A stretch of 64,000 nucleotides of DNA from Octopus vulgaris (lineage: Eukaryota): positions 372,001 through 436,000 of the forward strand of contig OX597825.1 in assembly GCA_951406725.2 (NCBI GenBank), written 5' to 3'. The notes beneath the pieces were generated by a model. It was not told the DNA's origin and did no database searches. It was given only the letters and a program-made list of their open reading frames with translations. Both the position numbers and the translations under genes were made by a program. This document shows positions 13,500-27,639 of the stretch, piece after piece; the stretch's first letter is position 1, and each line of letters begins with the position of its first letter.

Positions 13500-16430
13500 A
13501 CTAGAAGCTGCAAAGATTTCAGAAACCAGCGGAGCATTGATGGGAGTAATCATCAACAATATATGGTGGTTTGCATTGAAAAGGGCAATAAGAGTAGAAT
13601 TGATAGGGTTTAGCAAAGGACTGTCAGTAGAAAGAATCAGAGTAGAGGTAGAGATAGACAGGAAGTTAGATAAGGTTTTTAGAAAAGGCATCATGACTGA
13701 CATGCTCACAATTAGATTCAGAATCAACTAATTCTTCAATGCAAAACACAAAGGCTGTGTTGACAGAGCTAAGGCATGTACTCTTACACATGAAGGGACA
13801 AAAGCTATTCAATGGGCCCAAGTGGCAGAAGCACGACATGGTAAGAAATCCACAATCCAATCTTTACCAAACTATGATGGGCACATGTTAATCGAACCCA
13901 AACAGATGTGTGCAACTTTTCAATAGAACTTCACTCAACCGTTCAGGAGTAGTGGTGAGTCAGATCACAGGATGGACTTAACTTCCTTCACTTGGCGATG
14001 GAGGCAAAGTGTTGTGAAAGGCTGATGACAGATCCTGAAATACAGGAGGCAATGACCAGCTGCACAATGGGTCAATCCCCTGGTTTGGATGGTCTGCCCC
14101 ACAAGCTTTACGTTTACATGCCAGACTTTTTCGGTGACCTTTTGGCAAATGTTTACTGCAATTGGCAACAGAATGGAAGAATTCTCAGTTTTGTGAGCTA
14201 AGGAGCATTGGCATTGTTGAGAAAAAACCCAAACAGAGAGGACTGTATTGAGAACTTTATGCCCTTAACTCTTCTAAATGCAGAATTCAAAATTTTGGCT
14301 AAGGTGTTAGCTGTAATGTTGGCATTTGTCGTTGGTGGTCAGGTTGGGAGGTGGAGATGTGTGCCATCATAAAAAGATCCATCAATGATAACCTCCCTTT
14401 CATATGACATATAGAAAAAGTAGCTAAATAACCAGGCATGGGTTAGGGTCCTGATCAATTCAGATCAATCTAAAGCACCTATAGGGTTCAAAGGCAGTCA
14501 GTTTTGAATCTGTTTTCAGGGGTTGGGTCACAGCCATGCACAGCAACATCTGTTCAGTGGTCAGAGTGAATGGTCACCTCTCAGAACCATTCAACATCAT
14601 GAGCTTAGTCCGCCAAGGTTGCCCTGTCTTGTCCTTGTATATACTGACTCTCAAACCTGTAGTAAGTCAGGGAGCCATAGTTTGTTGTCATGTATTAACA
14701 CGGTTATACCATGGCAACTTCAGCTAATCAAAGCTTGCCTTGTATTAAGAAAAACAGCAGGCATCCGTGCAGCAGTAATCATGTCTTTAGTTAATTAGCA
14801 GCAGACTTCAATGCAAGTAACATCTATTCTCAACAGTCAGTGGAAGGACACAGGATGACTAACACCACTTCTTCATTATGAACAGCTCCTTGTTTCTCGC
14901 ACTGGCTTAGAATCATAACCTTCTTGATTATATAAAACTCACCACACAGACCACATCACAGACATCCTATTGTGTTTACATCAAATTCGCTTTGCAAGTC
15001 ATCTTACTGTCTGTCCATTTCAACACAATGCTATCAATATCACGAGGAGTTCATTCTTGTTCCTGCTAACTCGTAATTACTTCCAACTACTAGCTTATTA
15101 TTATTTCCAACCGCTAGCTCATCACAGCTTACTACTATTGAATTCATTCATTCAAACCCTGACTTACACATACACTTACAGGCCACATATCTCGCTACTT
15201 GTCAGTACTTGTTCTTCACTAAATAAATTACAATGTTTCTTTTTAAATTGCCTTCTGATGTTATTTCTCCTGCTTCACTAAAGCACATGAATTGGACCTT
15301 TTACATTGCATTTTTACTGTAACATTAACTTTTCACATTGTTTACCTATTACTTTAGTAGCACACTATAAACCAATACTACACAAGCTGGAAACATTGAG
15401 GGACATCCTGTAGGATCTAGGATGTGTGAGATCCATAGTGGTATATACCGACGATATCACTGTCGTGGTGTCACAGTTCACCAGACATTGGGATGATTGG
15501 CACTGCTCTCAGTGACCATGAGGTAGTATCAGAAGCAAAGATTAACCATGAAAAGTTGGTGGGATTTCAGCTTGGCACCTGGAAAAGCAAGTCCATGCTG
15601 CCCAACTGTGTTGTTCATGCTGGACGGACGAAATGGTTAAACTGCTTGGGGTTTGGTTTGGATATCCAGATAGACAAAAACTAGGATGACGTAATGCACA
15701 GAGTTACTACTCTCACCCAGAAATAGGCCAAAAGGAATCTATCGCTGAAAGGTCGTGCAGAGGTAGCTAATATGTACATCACATTTGTCCTCTTCTACAG
15801 CTTGACTACTGTGCCTTGTCCCTGTCTCAATACACTGGATTGTATACTCTATCGCTTCTTGTGAAAAGGACATGTCCTGATGGCCAGGTAATCTATCTGC
15901 TATCAACATCCACTGTGTGGTAAAGTGGGCATGCTGTGGCTGATGATGTACAAACATGCACTAAGGCTACATCTCCAATGCTTCCTTGACAGAGAACAGG
16001 TGTGGTCACAGTTCACCGGACATGTTTTTTCCCCAGTTGGTTTCTTCAACAAAGCTGCAGTCTTGGTCAAAAAGAGACCAAGAGAAGGCATTTGGAAAGT
16101 AGAATGTCTTCAAGTGCTCACAATCCTCAGCCTGTCAAACATTGTGATAGGTGGAAAGTCTACTTTAGTGTTCTGTAGAAGATTAGTGGAGGGAAGGTGC
16201 AACGGTGTTCTTGGGGAGACTTTGGATGTCAGAGATGATCAGCTAGCTGATCTCTTCCAGATAACTTTTGAACTGGGACCAATGGATAGCTTCCAGAAAT
16301 CCCTGGCCTAGCACTGCTACTGAGGAACCTTGCATGTTCCAGATAAATGCTACAGGTACAGAAGTGCCATCAGCCAAGATGCGTGCAGGCCGATGAAACC
16401 ATCATGCACGCATTCATACAGTACCCAGGT
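13500..16430 (+). mobile_element. Degenerate Tx1/L1-clade LINE ORF2, interrupted by an insert of about 0.7 kb (about 14665-15375)
   Basis: SPGLDGLP, PLTLLNAEFKILAKVL, VRQGCP, YTDDIT (YADD), AKINHEK and the C-terminal PRC..ETIMHAF knuckle remnant. Confidence 0.85.
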
Positions 16431-17074
16431 AAGAAAACTAAAACTAGCTCACATCTGCCTCTTTTCGCTAACTCAGGTGTCACAAAAGCAAAGACCTCAT
16501 TAGGAGATGAAGGTTTATTGAAACTGCACCAAAAGGCTTTTGTCAGAGATAAGAGGAAGACTCAGAGGTTGGCTCGAATTGATGGCCTTCAGATATGATG
16601 GGAATAGAGAAAATCCATCACAAAATTAAATACCAAAAACATCAACACCTTCATCACAGCAAGAAAACCAACTTTTAAAACCACTTTCACAAAATTAATA
16701 AAAAGTCACAGAAACAAACACAAACACAAACATCATGACCAACAGCTCCACATTCATGTACATACCTCTTTTATCAACTTTATGGTTGTTCAGAAAAGCA
16801 ACATTGGACTGATTGAGGAAGAACTCCTCTTGAAAACACCCTCGGACATAAATCTGAAACAAATCAAAATGAATATCTATCTGAACTTAAAAGAGAAATT
16901 CCCCAAATACATCAGAGGGTTTAGTAAGTACCTCTCAAAAAAAATTTTAAAAAACCTGAGTAATCTTACCCACCCACCTCTCACTGAAAAAGAAAGCTAT
17001 CTCAACAGCCATCCATGAAGACCAAGGTAAGTAGTCTCTTCATTTTATTTCCTCTAACCTAAACGATTTTAATT

Positions 17075-17905
17075 AGTGTAGACTGCGGAAATGCTTCAGA
17101 CCTGGGTTCCGTTTGAAAGCAAGTCTACTTGCTCAACATAGATGTGGTAGAAATCAGCATGACGAGGATTTCTGGAGAGAGCATATGCTAGCACTCATCT
17201 TTGACGACTATGAGATATTCTCATCTTGTGGTTTGTTGGGATTGGGAAGCAGGGTAGCAGTGCTATTCTAAAAATCCTTAGAGCCGAAAGAAGAGAGAAT
17301 CTGTTCGGACCCAGATGGCAGGTTGGTGGTCCAGGTCATGAACAACAGCAAAGACTGCTGGCTGTTTATACCCCAACAGGGGCTGGAAAACCAAATTTCT
17401 TCAAGTGTCTAGAAACATTCCTGGAGATGTCTCATACTTTAGTACTGATGGTGGTGGTAGGAGTGGACTGGAATTGTGTTTAGGACACACAAAACAACTG
17501 TGTGGGCCAGATGCATAGCAGAAGGGGCGGGGTACAAATGCCTCAAAAACCATCTCAGAAACTTCCAGCTGTTTGACAGATATTAACTGGATTTCCCTGA
17601 TGTGACTGTGTGGATGAGGAGCAATCACAGACAATCATCCAGATCATATCAAGAATGAGTAGTTGTTAGGTCAGCAGATAGGGATTAGTAGAGATTGTCA
17701 ACAATTCAGATTAGTTGGCTTCACAGACAACAAATTTGGGATCTGCAGTCAATGTAGATAGAGCCCATAGATGGAGTTGGTTACTGGAAGAGTTGAACAT
17801 GTCCTTACCAGCATACAAAGACAATGGGAACTAGTAAAGTAGCAGTTGACAGGGCCAATTAGAGTAAAATCAATAGCATTTAGCAAAGAACTATAGAGGG
17901 TGAGT
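17075..17905 (+). mobile_element. Tx1/L1-type apurinic endonuclease fragment
   Basis: RLLAVYTP, GVDWNCV (GDFN motif) and an SDH-like remnant. Its 3' end overlaps in homology with 13590-13630. Confidence 0.65.
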
Positions 17906-17949
17906 AAATTTTTCAGACACCTGAGAAATTTCACTTCTAGAAAGTTTAT

Positions 17950-18850
17950 TTCCTGGAGCTAAGCATGTGCTTGTGAACTTTAAATTGACTGAAAATAAGA
18001 TGCTTGTTTCAGCCATTTTTGCATTGCACTTTCTGCATATATTGATATAAATTATGCAACAATATCTTTTGAATATAATAGAATGCTTATTTTAGCATCA
18101 CCTTGGACAATCCCTTCAAACATTTTTTATGCAAAGGCAGCATGCAGTAGCCCAATAAGTATTATCCATCAAGAAACCTTTTGTTACTTGAGAAAAAATC
18201 TTTTTCAGATGAAAATGCCTTCAAAGGAAATAATTCCTATAGTTCGAAGGAAGAGAGGAAATGGCATAAACCTGAAAAAAATAGCTGTTGATTTGAAAAT
18301 TTCAAAGTCTACAGCGGAATGTATGTTAAAGAAAGACTGTAACCAGGCGAAGAAAAGAGGAAGGCAAAAGTTGCTTAGGAAGAGAACTCCTAGGCAAATG
18401 AAGAAGAACACTGTGTCCTCCTGATTTCTAGAAGCTGGAGAAAAAGGAACAGCACGGAAGGTGAAGGAGAAATGTGAAATAGATGAAAAGAGTTCAAAGA
18501 GTGCTGCAAGAAACTGGATACAAGCATGGAAGTGTCAAGAGGAACATTCATTTAAGCAAAAGACATCAAAAGGCAAGGTTAGAGTGCACAAAATGATGGT
18601 TAACTACTACTGTTAGTTTTATCAAAGTAATCTTGTACTGAGGAGAAGCAATTTAAGTCTGATGGACCTGACAGCTAGAGATCTTGGTCAAAGAAAAGTG
18701 AACCAGAGAAGCTGAACAAGCAGACTAACGGTATGGGGCATAGACTTTCCAAGTGGATATTTTTGTTTAGAGTGGCTGAAAGGAAGGCAGAACAGCAGGA
18801 GTTACATCCAACTGTTGCAAACAAGAGCCTTGCTTTGTATTAGGTATACA
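17950..18850 (+). mobile_element. Degenerate Tc1/Tc3-like transposon
   Basis: HTH IAVDLKISKST, KRGRQK linker and a decayed VIFSDEKKFNLDGPD motif at about 18625-18675. Confidence 0.65.
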
Positions 18851-18869
18851 ATTGCCCTGTATTAGGTAT

Positions 18870-19900
18870 TTGACAGGGTGTGGCATGTAGCATCCTGGTT
18901 GACCATGAGGCGATATAACATCAACACAAATCTCATTCATGCCATTGATAATCTGTATGATAAAGCAAGCAGTGGTTCAAGTAGTTCAAAACAAACAACT
19001 GGTGTAAGACTAGGCTACCTGCTCTCACCAGGCCCCCCTGTTCAACATCTTCCTTGAGAGAATTATGACCAATGCATTGAAAGACCACAGTGGTATGATT
19101 AGCATTGGTGGCAGAAACCTAACAAGCCTGCGCTTTGCAAATTATAATGTCAGACTGGTGGGCTCAGAACAAGAATTGAAATAGATAGTAGAGTGCCTAG
19201 CAAGGCCTCCAATAAATTTGGCATGGGGGTAAGTACAGAGGAAACAAAAGTTATAACAAACTACTCAAATGGAATCAATACCAACACAAGTGTCAGTGGA
19301 ATTGAGCTTGAATAAGTTCAAAACTTCAAATATTTTGGAGTGATAGTGAATGACCAAGGTTCCAAGCCTGAAGTGATATCCTGCATTGCCAAAACAACAG
19401 CAGCAATGACCAAATTCAGAACACTGGGGAAAGACAGAAATATCTCACTGAGCTCCAAAATTAGGCTAACAAGATCATTAGTGATCTCAATATTCCTGAG
19501 ACATGGACACTGACAGTCGAAATCAAAAGAACAATCCAGGCTACAGAGATGAAATGTTTCAATAGCCTTTTGAGAATATCATAGAGAGATTGTGTCACAA
19601 ATGAGTAAGTGAAAAGAAGAATAAGGCAGGCAATAGGGCCCTATTAGGGACTTCCTACCATAGTAAAGCTCAGGTGGTTTGGGTATGTCACCTGCTCATC
19701 AGGGATGGTCAAAACAATCCTCCAGGGAAAAGTCAAAGGTGGCAAACAAAGAGGTGGGAAAACAACATCTGTGAGTGGACAGGCCTAAAGATGCGAGACA
19801 CACTGTGAGAGGCTGAAGACAGAGATGGGGAGGATGGACCTGGTTGCAAAGTCATTGGTGGTGCCCCAACGGTCAGCCAGACTACAGGATATCTAATGTA
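18870..19900 (+). mobile_element. RTE (BovB-like) LINE 3' half
   Basis: TGVRLGYLLSP..LFNIFLERIM, IGGRNLTSLRFA, FKYFG, LRWFGYV and the 3' end gtgccccaacggtc. Confidence 0.85.
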
Positions 19901-20414
19901 ATAACTTAGATAAGACTTAAGTGGTATTTATTAAGCAAAATTAAATAAATACAGTACAATATCAAAATATCTATAATATATAATTACTCTGTATTAGAAA
20001 GAATAATTAAAATTAGTGAGAGAGAGGAAGAAGAAAGAGGCCAGAAACAAGCATGACAATGTAAAGGAAATGCTTGGTTTCCTAGTCAGAGAAAACAAGA
20101 GAAGGAGAGAGAGAGAGAGTGAGCAAAGGGAAAGAGTAAGAAACAGCAAAAGTGTGTGAGAGAGAGAGAGCAGAAGAGAGATGGTGTAGTGCTAGGGTGT
20201 ACTCACAAGTAACAAGAATATGAGCATAGAACCTGGTTAGAAAAATAGGGTGTGGGTGTGGGGAGCAGCAGGGCAGTGAGGGCAAGAAAGGGGATTGGAA
20301 AACAATCATGATTTATGAGGAAGAGAAAGACGCAATGAGAAGAGGAGTTTTAGTTTGATTGCTTAGGATAGAATGGGTAAAAAAAAGTGTGTTGTTCGAT
20401 GTGGGTGAGGCACA

Positions 20415-21335
20415 ACTCTTCTCGCACTCAGTTTCATGGATAGGTCTTTTCTAGAACTTCATATCTCCAAACATCTCAGTCCATTGTCATTTCTTCCTTG
20501 AGACCCAACATCCTAAGATCAGTCCTCACCACTTCATCCCATGTCTTCCTGGGTCTCCCTCTTCCACAGATATCATCCACTTTCGGTGACAGCCACTTCT
20601 GTATACAATTGTCTTCACTCATACACATCCCATGTCCAAACCAATGCAGTCTCCTCTCCTGCAGACCACATTTAATCCCTCTTATGCCTAACTTTTCTCT
20701 CAACACAGTTGTGCTTTTTCAGTCAGGCACACTGATGCTGCAAATTGAATGGAGCCTGCTACCTTCATTCTTCTCCAGCTTTCAAATGTCCTCCGCCATC
20801 AGAGCCCATGTCTCACCACCATGTAACTCAGCCATTTTCACACAAGCATCATACAATCTACCTTCCACCCTGAGAAAGAGCCGTTTTGCTGCCAACAGAG
20901 GTAGTAGTTCTCTGAACTTCCTCCACCCTGTTCTTATTCTAGAAACAACTCTTTCAGAGCATCCACTACCATTACTAATTTGGTCACCTAAATAACAGAA
21001 ACTATCTACAACCTCAAGAGAGCCTCCAGGGCATCTGAGAGAGTTTAAGCCCCTCGTGCTCTTAGTACTTACTGTTCCTGTGCATCTGTCACACACAAAA
21101 GTGACCTTCCCATGATTCCACTGCATCTCTTATGCGTCCATAACTTACACTTGGTGCAGCGAATGGAATTACATCCCACTCCTTTCCTATATATTGAACA
21201 GGGCCATTTGCCAGCCAGAATGAGAGTCTTATCTCCTTTCTTCCGAATAACAACTTTAGTCTTAGCTAACTTAACTTTAAGGCCCTCTGATTCAAGGTTT
21301 TACTTTCAAACCTTGAACTTCTCCAATTCTGCAAT
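20415..21335 (-). mobile_element. RTE LINE fragment of the PHD-finger-containing family
   Basis: LEVVDSFCYLGD, HGGETW, RRLHWFGH, GRGRPRKTW and a Cys/His cluster at about 21080-21210. Confidence 0.88.
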
Positions 21336-21344
21336 ATATATATA

Positions 21345-23235
21345 TTGAAAGGCCAGAGATCAGGGAAGCCCACCCTCATCACCAGGGATACCAGTTATAA
21401 GCAAGTCTCAGTGTGGAATTTTAAGACATGCCCCAAGATTCTACAGCTACAGCGGGAGGGGTCTTTACCTCCAGTGGTTGCTGTGCACCCACCTAACCAG
21501 CATGGATGCCATGAGAGGCTACCAACTTGCCGCAACCATCTTTCCACCTTGAGCCAGGTTGGGTAGGTGACTGACTCCCATTTTCGGAAAGGGCCGTCTT
21601 TGGCTTATCAAATGCCAAAATTGCAAGAAATCATTTAAAGTAGTAAAAGGAGTGAAAATTCATCAGACCAAAACACAATGTCGTGGTACATCAATGCAGA
21701 CAAATGGTCAGTTGGACAAGAGCCAGAGATGGTTGATGTGGTGAGTGAGCCAGTTGCTGTGACTTCACACCATCCTGTCGAGGAATCAACAGATAAATCA
21801 GATGAACATTCTGGACCAGATGCAAACCACAGTGCCTGTAAAACTTTAGTGGAGGATGTGCAACTTGTAAGGCAGCCGAGGATACATTGGCCAAAGAGTG
21901 AGAACAAGGCAAGCTGGAACCAACTTAATGAAGACCTAAGTACAACGATCAGTTGTATGCTGCAGAGGACAGCTTCAAGAAAACTGCAGCTCTTGATCAA
22001 GATTTGCTACACATGTACTGAACAGTTTAGCACAGAAGAGCAGGCACTGCCATGTCTGCTAGTCCCACAGAAACACCTGTCAAGGCAGCAAAAAGCGATT
22101 GAACAAATCTGGAAACAACACATGAAGAAGAGGTGGAAGAAAGCAGCGACAGAGGAGAAATGTCAAAGCCTGAGACAGCTAATGAATGATGCGAAGAAAT
22201 GACATCGTGCAGAAGTGAAAAGCAAGAGAATGAGCCTGGAAGGTGTTCTTTAGAAACCCCTATCGTTTCTCAGAGTCCGTTTGAAACTGGAAAATCTGGA
22301 GTGTTGGGGGCGACAGCAGAAGACGTGCAGGGGCATTTACGCAAAACATATACTGATGCTTGTAAGGATGAGGAACTGCCAGAGTGTTATGACCTAATAT
22401 GACCACCTGGACCGAGGGTTCCTTTTGCAATCAGAGAACTCACGATGAAAGAGGTTCAAGAATTTGTAAAGAAAGCGAGAGCTGGAAGTGCACCAGGTCA
22501 GAACAGTTTGTCATACAAATTGTTTAAGAACTGCCACAAAGTGCTCTGGGAGCTGTGGAAGGTGTTGCAAGTACTGTAGCAGAATGGGATAATTCCACCA
22601 GAATGCAATTGACAGGAACCAATTGGCAATTGTGCCCCCAACGCCAAGGATCAATTTCATTTCGGCCGGTGCCTTACTGATGATGAGAAGGGCTGCCAAA
22701 TAAAAGTGTGCAACTTGGCTGAGCATGGCAAGTGATTGGGTGCTGGCAATGGATGGTGACAGTTGGGGCAGTGGAACAATCCCTAGGACAAACCACACTA
22801 TGACTGGACATTGTTCTTTTCTCACAAGCTGGAAGATGGTGGTGTTTGTAGAGCTGATGGTGCTGTGGGAGATCCGTGTTGGGGAGGCAGAGGAAATGAA
22901 GCAAGCTAAGAAGGCTGAGAAGGTTGACAAGATCAAGGCACATAACTTGAAATCTCGGTGGTTGTATGCAGTGGAGGTGGGGTGCAGAGGGTACGTTGGA
23001 TGGTCTATGTGTCAGTTTGATCTGAGTGGAAAGGAGTGGAGAGAAGCTGTCAAGAGATTGCAAGAAGCTGCAGAAAGAGCATCAGTATGGATAGCAACCA
23101 CCTTGAAGAGAGCAGTCAGTGAGACAGTCTGACTGGGAAGGCACCAAACCCCGGTCGACAGACAGAATGGTTGTGTTTAAGGGCCGAAACTGTGATGACG
23201 TCTGCCAAACACCTGACGATCGAGTTGACTGCTAA
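21345..23235 (+). mobile_element. Internally deleted HERO/NeSL-like (restriction-like endonuclease) non-LTR element
   Basis: RIHWPK, ARAGSAPGQN..YKLFKNC (start of RT), then VVFVELMVLWE and AVEVGCRGYVG (RLE). Most of the RT is missing. Confidence 0.75.
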
Positions 23236-23239
23236 GTTG

Positions 23240-25000
23240 ATGAATGAGGGCCAGCATGGATTCTATCTGACCATGTATGTTTTTCTATGTATCATCGTCA
23301 AGAAAATGTAGCGATCACCAGATGGTTGGAGCTTTAACGAGGTCGACTACGTCTGAATTAGTAAGCGGTGGAGATCGGTCCTGCTGGATGTGCCGAGGAC
23401 ATGCTGAATGTAGGCTCAGATCATTACCTCCTCCTTGGAAAGTGTTGGTTTTGATTGAAGTGCTTGCTACTTGTGCAGAGTCCCCCTGCTCCTTTGCAGT
23501 GGAGAAATTTAAAGACTGAAGGAGAGTTGATTAATTCTAGTTGGAACTGAGAAACTGATTCTGACCTCTCGCAGACATGGGCCACATTGGCAGCTGCTTT
23601 AGGAAGTTCAAGGATGCAATTATCAAAAGTGCCAAGAACATTGTTGGCAGGCGCCGTGGTGCATACAAGATCAAACGTGGATCCTGATCGATGCAAGACG
23701 AAAGGCTAAAATAACAGACCTAGTGCAAATGGATGAAGCCCAGCAACAAGCATCAGAAACGTATTGGACACTCGATCAAGGAGTGAAGAAAAGCTGTTGA
23801 AAAGACAAACGGGATTGGAGGCAGCAGGTCGAAATGATACAAAAACTTACCAGAACAAGAAGCGGACAAAGGGTGCTCATCAAGGACAAGAATTAGAAGG
23901 TATTACTGATGGTTGAAGATCAAGTGAGGAGATGGGTCAAGCACTTTAAGGAGACGTTCAATCAGCTAACTTCTTTGTCCTCCACTGATCCCCGACAACG
24001 ATCTGGCAGTGAACACAGGTGAGATCACGACGATAATATGGCTCCTTCTGGGACTGGATATAGTGGCGGTGGAGATGCTTAAGCACGGAAGTTATCCCGT
24101 TGTCAAACATCTGATGGCCCTGCTAAATGTATGCTAAATGATTTTGTCAAGGCATTTGACAACATACACTGGAGTTCATTGTGGTTTCATGATTTCAGCA
24201 TTCCTGAGCATTTTGTCGACACCTTTCAGAGCCTTTACTACAAGTCAAGGTGCTGCGTTCAAATGGAGAAGGGCTACATCGACTACTTTGTCATTGAGAC
24301 TAGTGTATGGCAAGGCTACATTCCATCCACTCTCCTATTTCTTATAGCGATCGACTTTGTCATGTGTGGAGATTCCGTGGTGCGGGTTGGGTACCTGTCT
24401 GACCTCGACTTTGCCGATGATATCATGCTCCTTGGAGCAACAAAGAATGTCATTCGCACAATGACAGAGAGATTGGAATGCGAGGTGGCCAAGATTAGAC
24501 TCCGTATAAGTGCAAACAAGACAAAGATCATGAGGATTGGATATGTTGATGAGAACAACAATGGCGTCCCCTTGATGATTGGACAGCACCAAATCGAGGA
24601 AGTTGATGAGTTCACATATTTCGGCAGCATCGTGACGAATGATGGAGACGCTGAACGCAACATTGCCTGCCGGATTGGGAAGGCCTCAACTGTCTTTCAA
24701 AGACTCAAACCCATCTGAGCAGGTAGGGCGATTGCCACCAAGACCAAAGTGTGCCTCTTTAACACCATCGTCATACCACTGGCAATAAACATGGCAGAAA
24801 CATGGAAGACATCAGCAAAGATCACATGAAGGATCAATGCATTTCAGCTATGATACCTCTGGCAGATACTGAGAACCACATTACCAATGACAAGATACAT
24901 CACTGAACTGATGCCCGTCCATTCCATGACGTTATCATTGAGTGCCACTTGTGATTCACCGTGCCACCCAATGCGCCACACGGCACAGGAGGACCTAAGA
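23240..25000 (+). mobile_element. Degenerate RTE LINE with internal deletions
   Basis: SDHQMV (end of endonuclease), DFVKAFDNI, LDFADDIMLL, VDEFTYFGS, RIGKASTVF. Confidence 0.88.
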
Positions 25001-25334
25001 CTAAGATTATAGAGCCTAACACAAGTGCTCTTGCAAAACAGCTACCACACTCTCAAGGTTTATTAAGTATGGGAGAATAAACAGCTCAGAACATCTACCA
25101 AAGCAGAGATGTACAGGGGTTGAGTTCTCAGTCACAAACAACTCATCAAAGAAATGCAAGATTTACATTTCAGATGAAATGTTTGCAGAGAATCCTTAAG
25201 ATCAAACAACAAGACAGGATCTGCAATACTAACATACTTACCAGGATGGTCTTCCCTTCCAAGTTAATGTTGCATGAATGACAGCCATATTCCAAAAGCC
25301 CTGCTCTCTAAGAAAATATTGCCAGTGTCTTTTT

Positions 25335-27635
25335 TTTTTTTTGTAAGCTAAAATTCAGGTTACAAGCCAGCTTCAGATACACTACCGCTAGTTGGTGTAG
25401 TGAACACCACAGTGAATACTGTAATATCCGCCCAGCATCCAGTGTCTTACTTGATAGCTAGACAGACATACATGTTAGCAAGTGTGAAGATCATTGGTGA
25501 ATCGTGAGCTAGATGGGTGGTAAAATGCTTACTTAGTCGTTGCAGGCTACAGAAGCATTAGTGTTGTGCTCGCAATTGTGCTTATTTTGCAAAACTTCGT
25601 TTTTCCAACCATGGGTCCAAAGAAAGTGAGTGCGAAGGACAATGCTGAGAAGAAGAAGCGAATGATGTGCAATGAATTAAAGAAAGAAATTATTGAAAAA
25701 CATGACCAAAGTGTGCATGTAGTCAACTTGGCGAATCATTACCTGCACCATACTGAAGCAGGAGCCGATAAAGGCTATAATGCCAGCCAAGGGCATTAAA
25801 ATAATTTCTAAACAACAGACATCTATCCATGAAAATATGGAGAAATTGCTGATGGTGTGCTTGACAGAGAAGTAGCTTGCAGGAGATACTGTGACGGAAG
25901 CTACAATCTGCAAGAAAGCACGAGCTAGTTACGCTAGTTTGCTGCAGCAGACCCCAGGCACTTGTACAAACAAGGCATTGGGCAAGCCATTCAAAGCCAG
26001 TCAAGGATGGTTTGAGAATTTTAAAAAGAGGACCAGCATTCACTCCCTAGTCAGGCATGGTGAGGCAGCAAGCATGGATATGAAGGCAACTGAGGATTAC
26101 TTCAAAACTTTTGCCAGAATTATAGCAGCCAAAGGATACATCCCCCAACAAGTCTTCAACTGTGACAAGACAGGACTTTTTTTTTGAAGATGCCAAGGAG
26201 GACTTATATAATGGCAGTTGGAGAAGAGGATGCCAGGCTACCAACCCATGAAGGATAGGCTAACCCTCGCACTGTGCACCAATATGAGTGGCAGCTGCAA
26301 GATTAAGCTGCTGCTTGTTTATCATTTGGAAAATCCCAGAGCCTTTAAGTCACATAAGATTCTGAAAGAAAACCTGCAGGTTATGTGGAGAGCAAACCCA
26401 AGGGTGTGGGTCACCAGGCAGTTCTTTGTGGAGTGGGTGAATTTTGTCCTGATGTTAAGAAATATCTCCAGGAAAATAACCTACTGCTGTAAACCCTTCT
26501 CATCCTGGACAATGCACCTGCTCATCCACCTAACCTCAAATATAACATCCTCAAAGAGTTCAAATTTATAAAAGTTCTCTACCTTCCATCCAACACAAAT
26601 CCCTATCTTGCAGCCCTGGACCGGCAGGTGATTTCTAATTTCAAGAAGCTCCAATCACCTGTTCCTCCACTGCTCTGAGGTGATGAAGAGCACAAACTCA
26701 CCCATAGAGTGTTCTGGAAGGACCACTATAACATCATGATATGCCTCATAATTATCAATATGGCCTGACAGGATGTTACAAAGAGAACCTTGACCTCTGC
26801 ATTGAAGAAGCTGTGGCCTGAGGTTGTGTCTGAAACAGACTTTGAAAGACTCGAACCCAAAGTATCAGTGGTGAAGGAGATTGTATCCCTCAGCAAGTCC
26901 ATGGGCCTAGACATGGATGAAGGTGATATAAACAAGTTCATCCAGGAGCACTTTGAGGAACTGACAAGGGAGGATCTAAAGGAGCTACAGAAACGGCAGC
27001 TCATGGAGGATTTGCAGGAAATAGATGATGCGGAAGAGGTTATCTCTACGAGTGTGATAAAGGAAATGTTGGGAATGTGAGAGAAATTTTCAGACTTTCT
27101 TCAAAAGAAACACCCAGTAAAAGTTACAATGAGCATGCAAAGGTGCTATTTAATGACACTTGCCTAACTCATTTCAGAAACATTCTGAAAGGGAGGATGA
27201 AACAGACCTCATTGGACAGGTTTTTATCAAAAATTCCTGCAGATGAAAGTGTGAAAAGTGTGGCAAAAAGGGCAAAAATCAGCAAATAAGATTCAGTTAT
27301 TCAGTTCAGCCTTTCTCCTTCACCTCCATCAGCATCCTCACGTCATCTGATCTCCAAAGTAAATGTTGTACATTATACTTAATAAAACCAGTTTATTGCA
27401 GTACATTCTATTGTATTGTTTTTTGGGTTTTTTTTTATACAATATACATTGAAGTACCTCTTTCTTATTTAAAAGCAGGTAACAAAAAAAATTGCAATAT
27501 TTTTTTTGTGAGGCCCGGAATGGATAAATGGCATTTCAATTCATTTCAATGGGGAAAACCGATTTGACATACAAGTAATTTGAGTTACGAGCTCTGTCAT
27601 GTAATGAATTAAACTTGTCAGTCAAGGTACTACTG
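25335..27635 (+). mobile_element. Tigger/pogo DNA transposon; transposase pseudogene at about 25611-27289
   Basis: MGPKKVS, FKASQGWFENFKKR, VFNCDKTGLF, KDRLTL, LDNAPAHP, LQPLD. Right TIR ends caaggtactactg|TA; left TIR not found. Confidence 0.9.
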
Positions 27636-27639
27636 TAGG

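Noticed and set aside
25611-27289. Domesticated TIGD/CENP-B-like gene
   Set aside because: Multiple stops and frameshifts, and a TIR is retained, so this is a dead Tigger.
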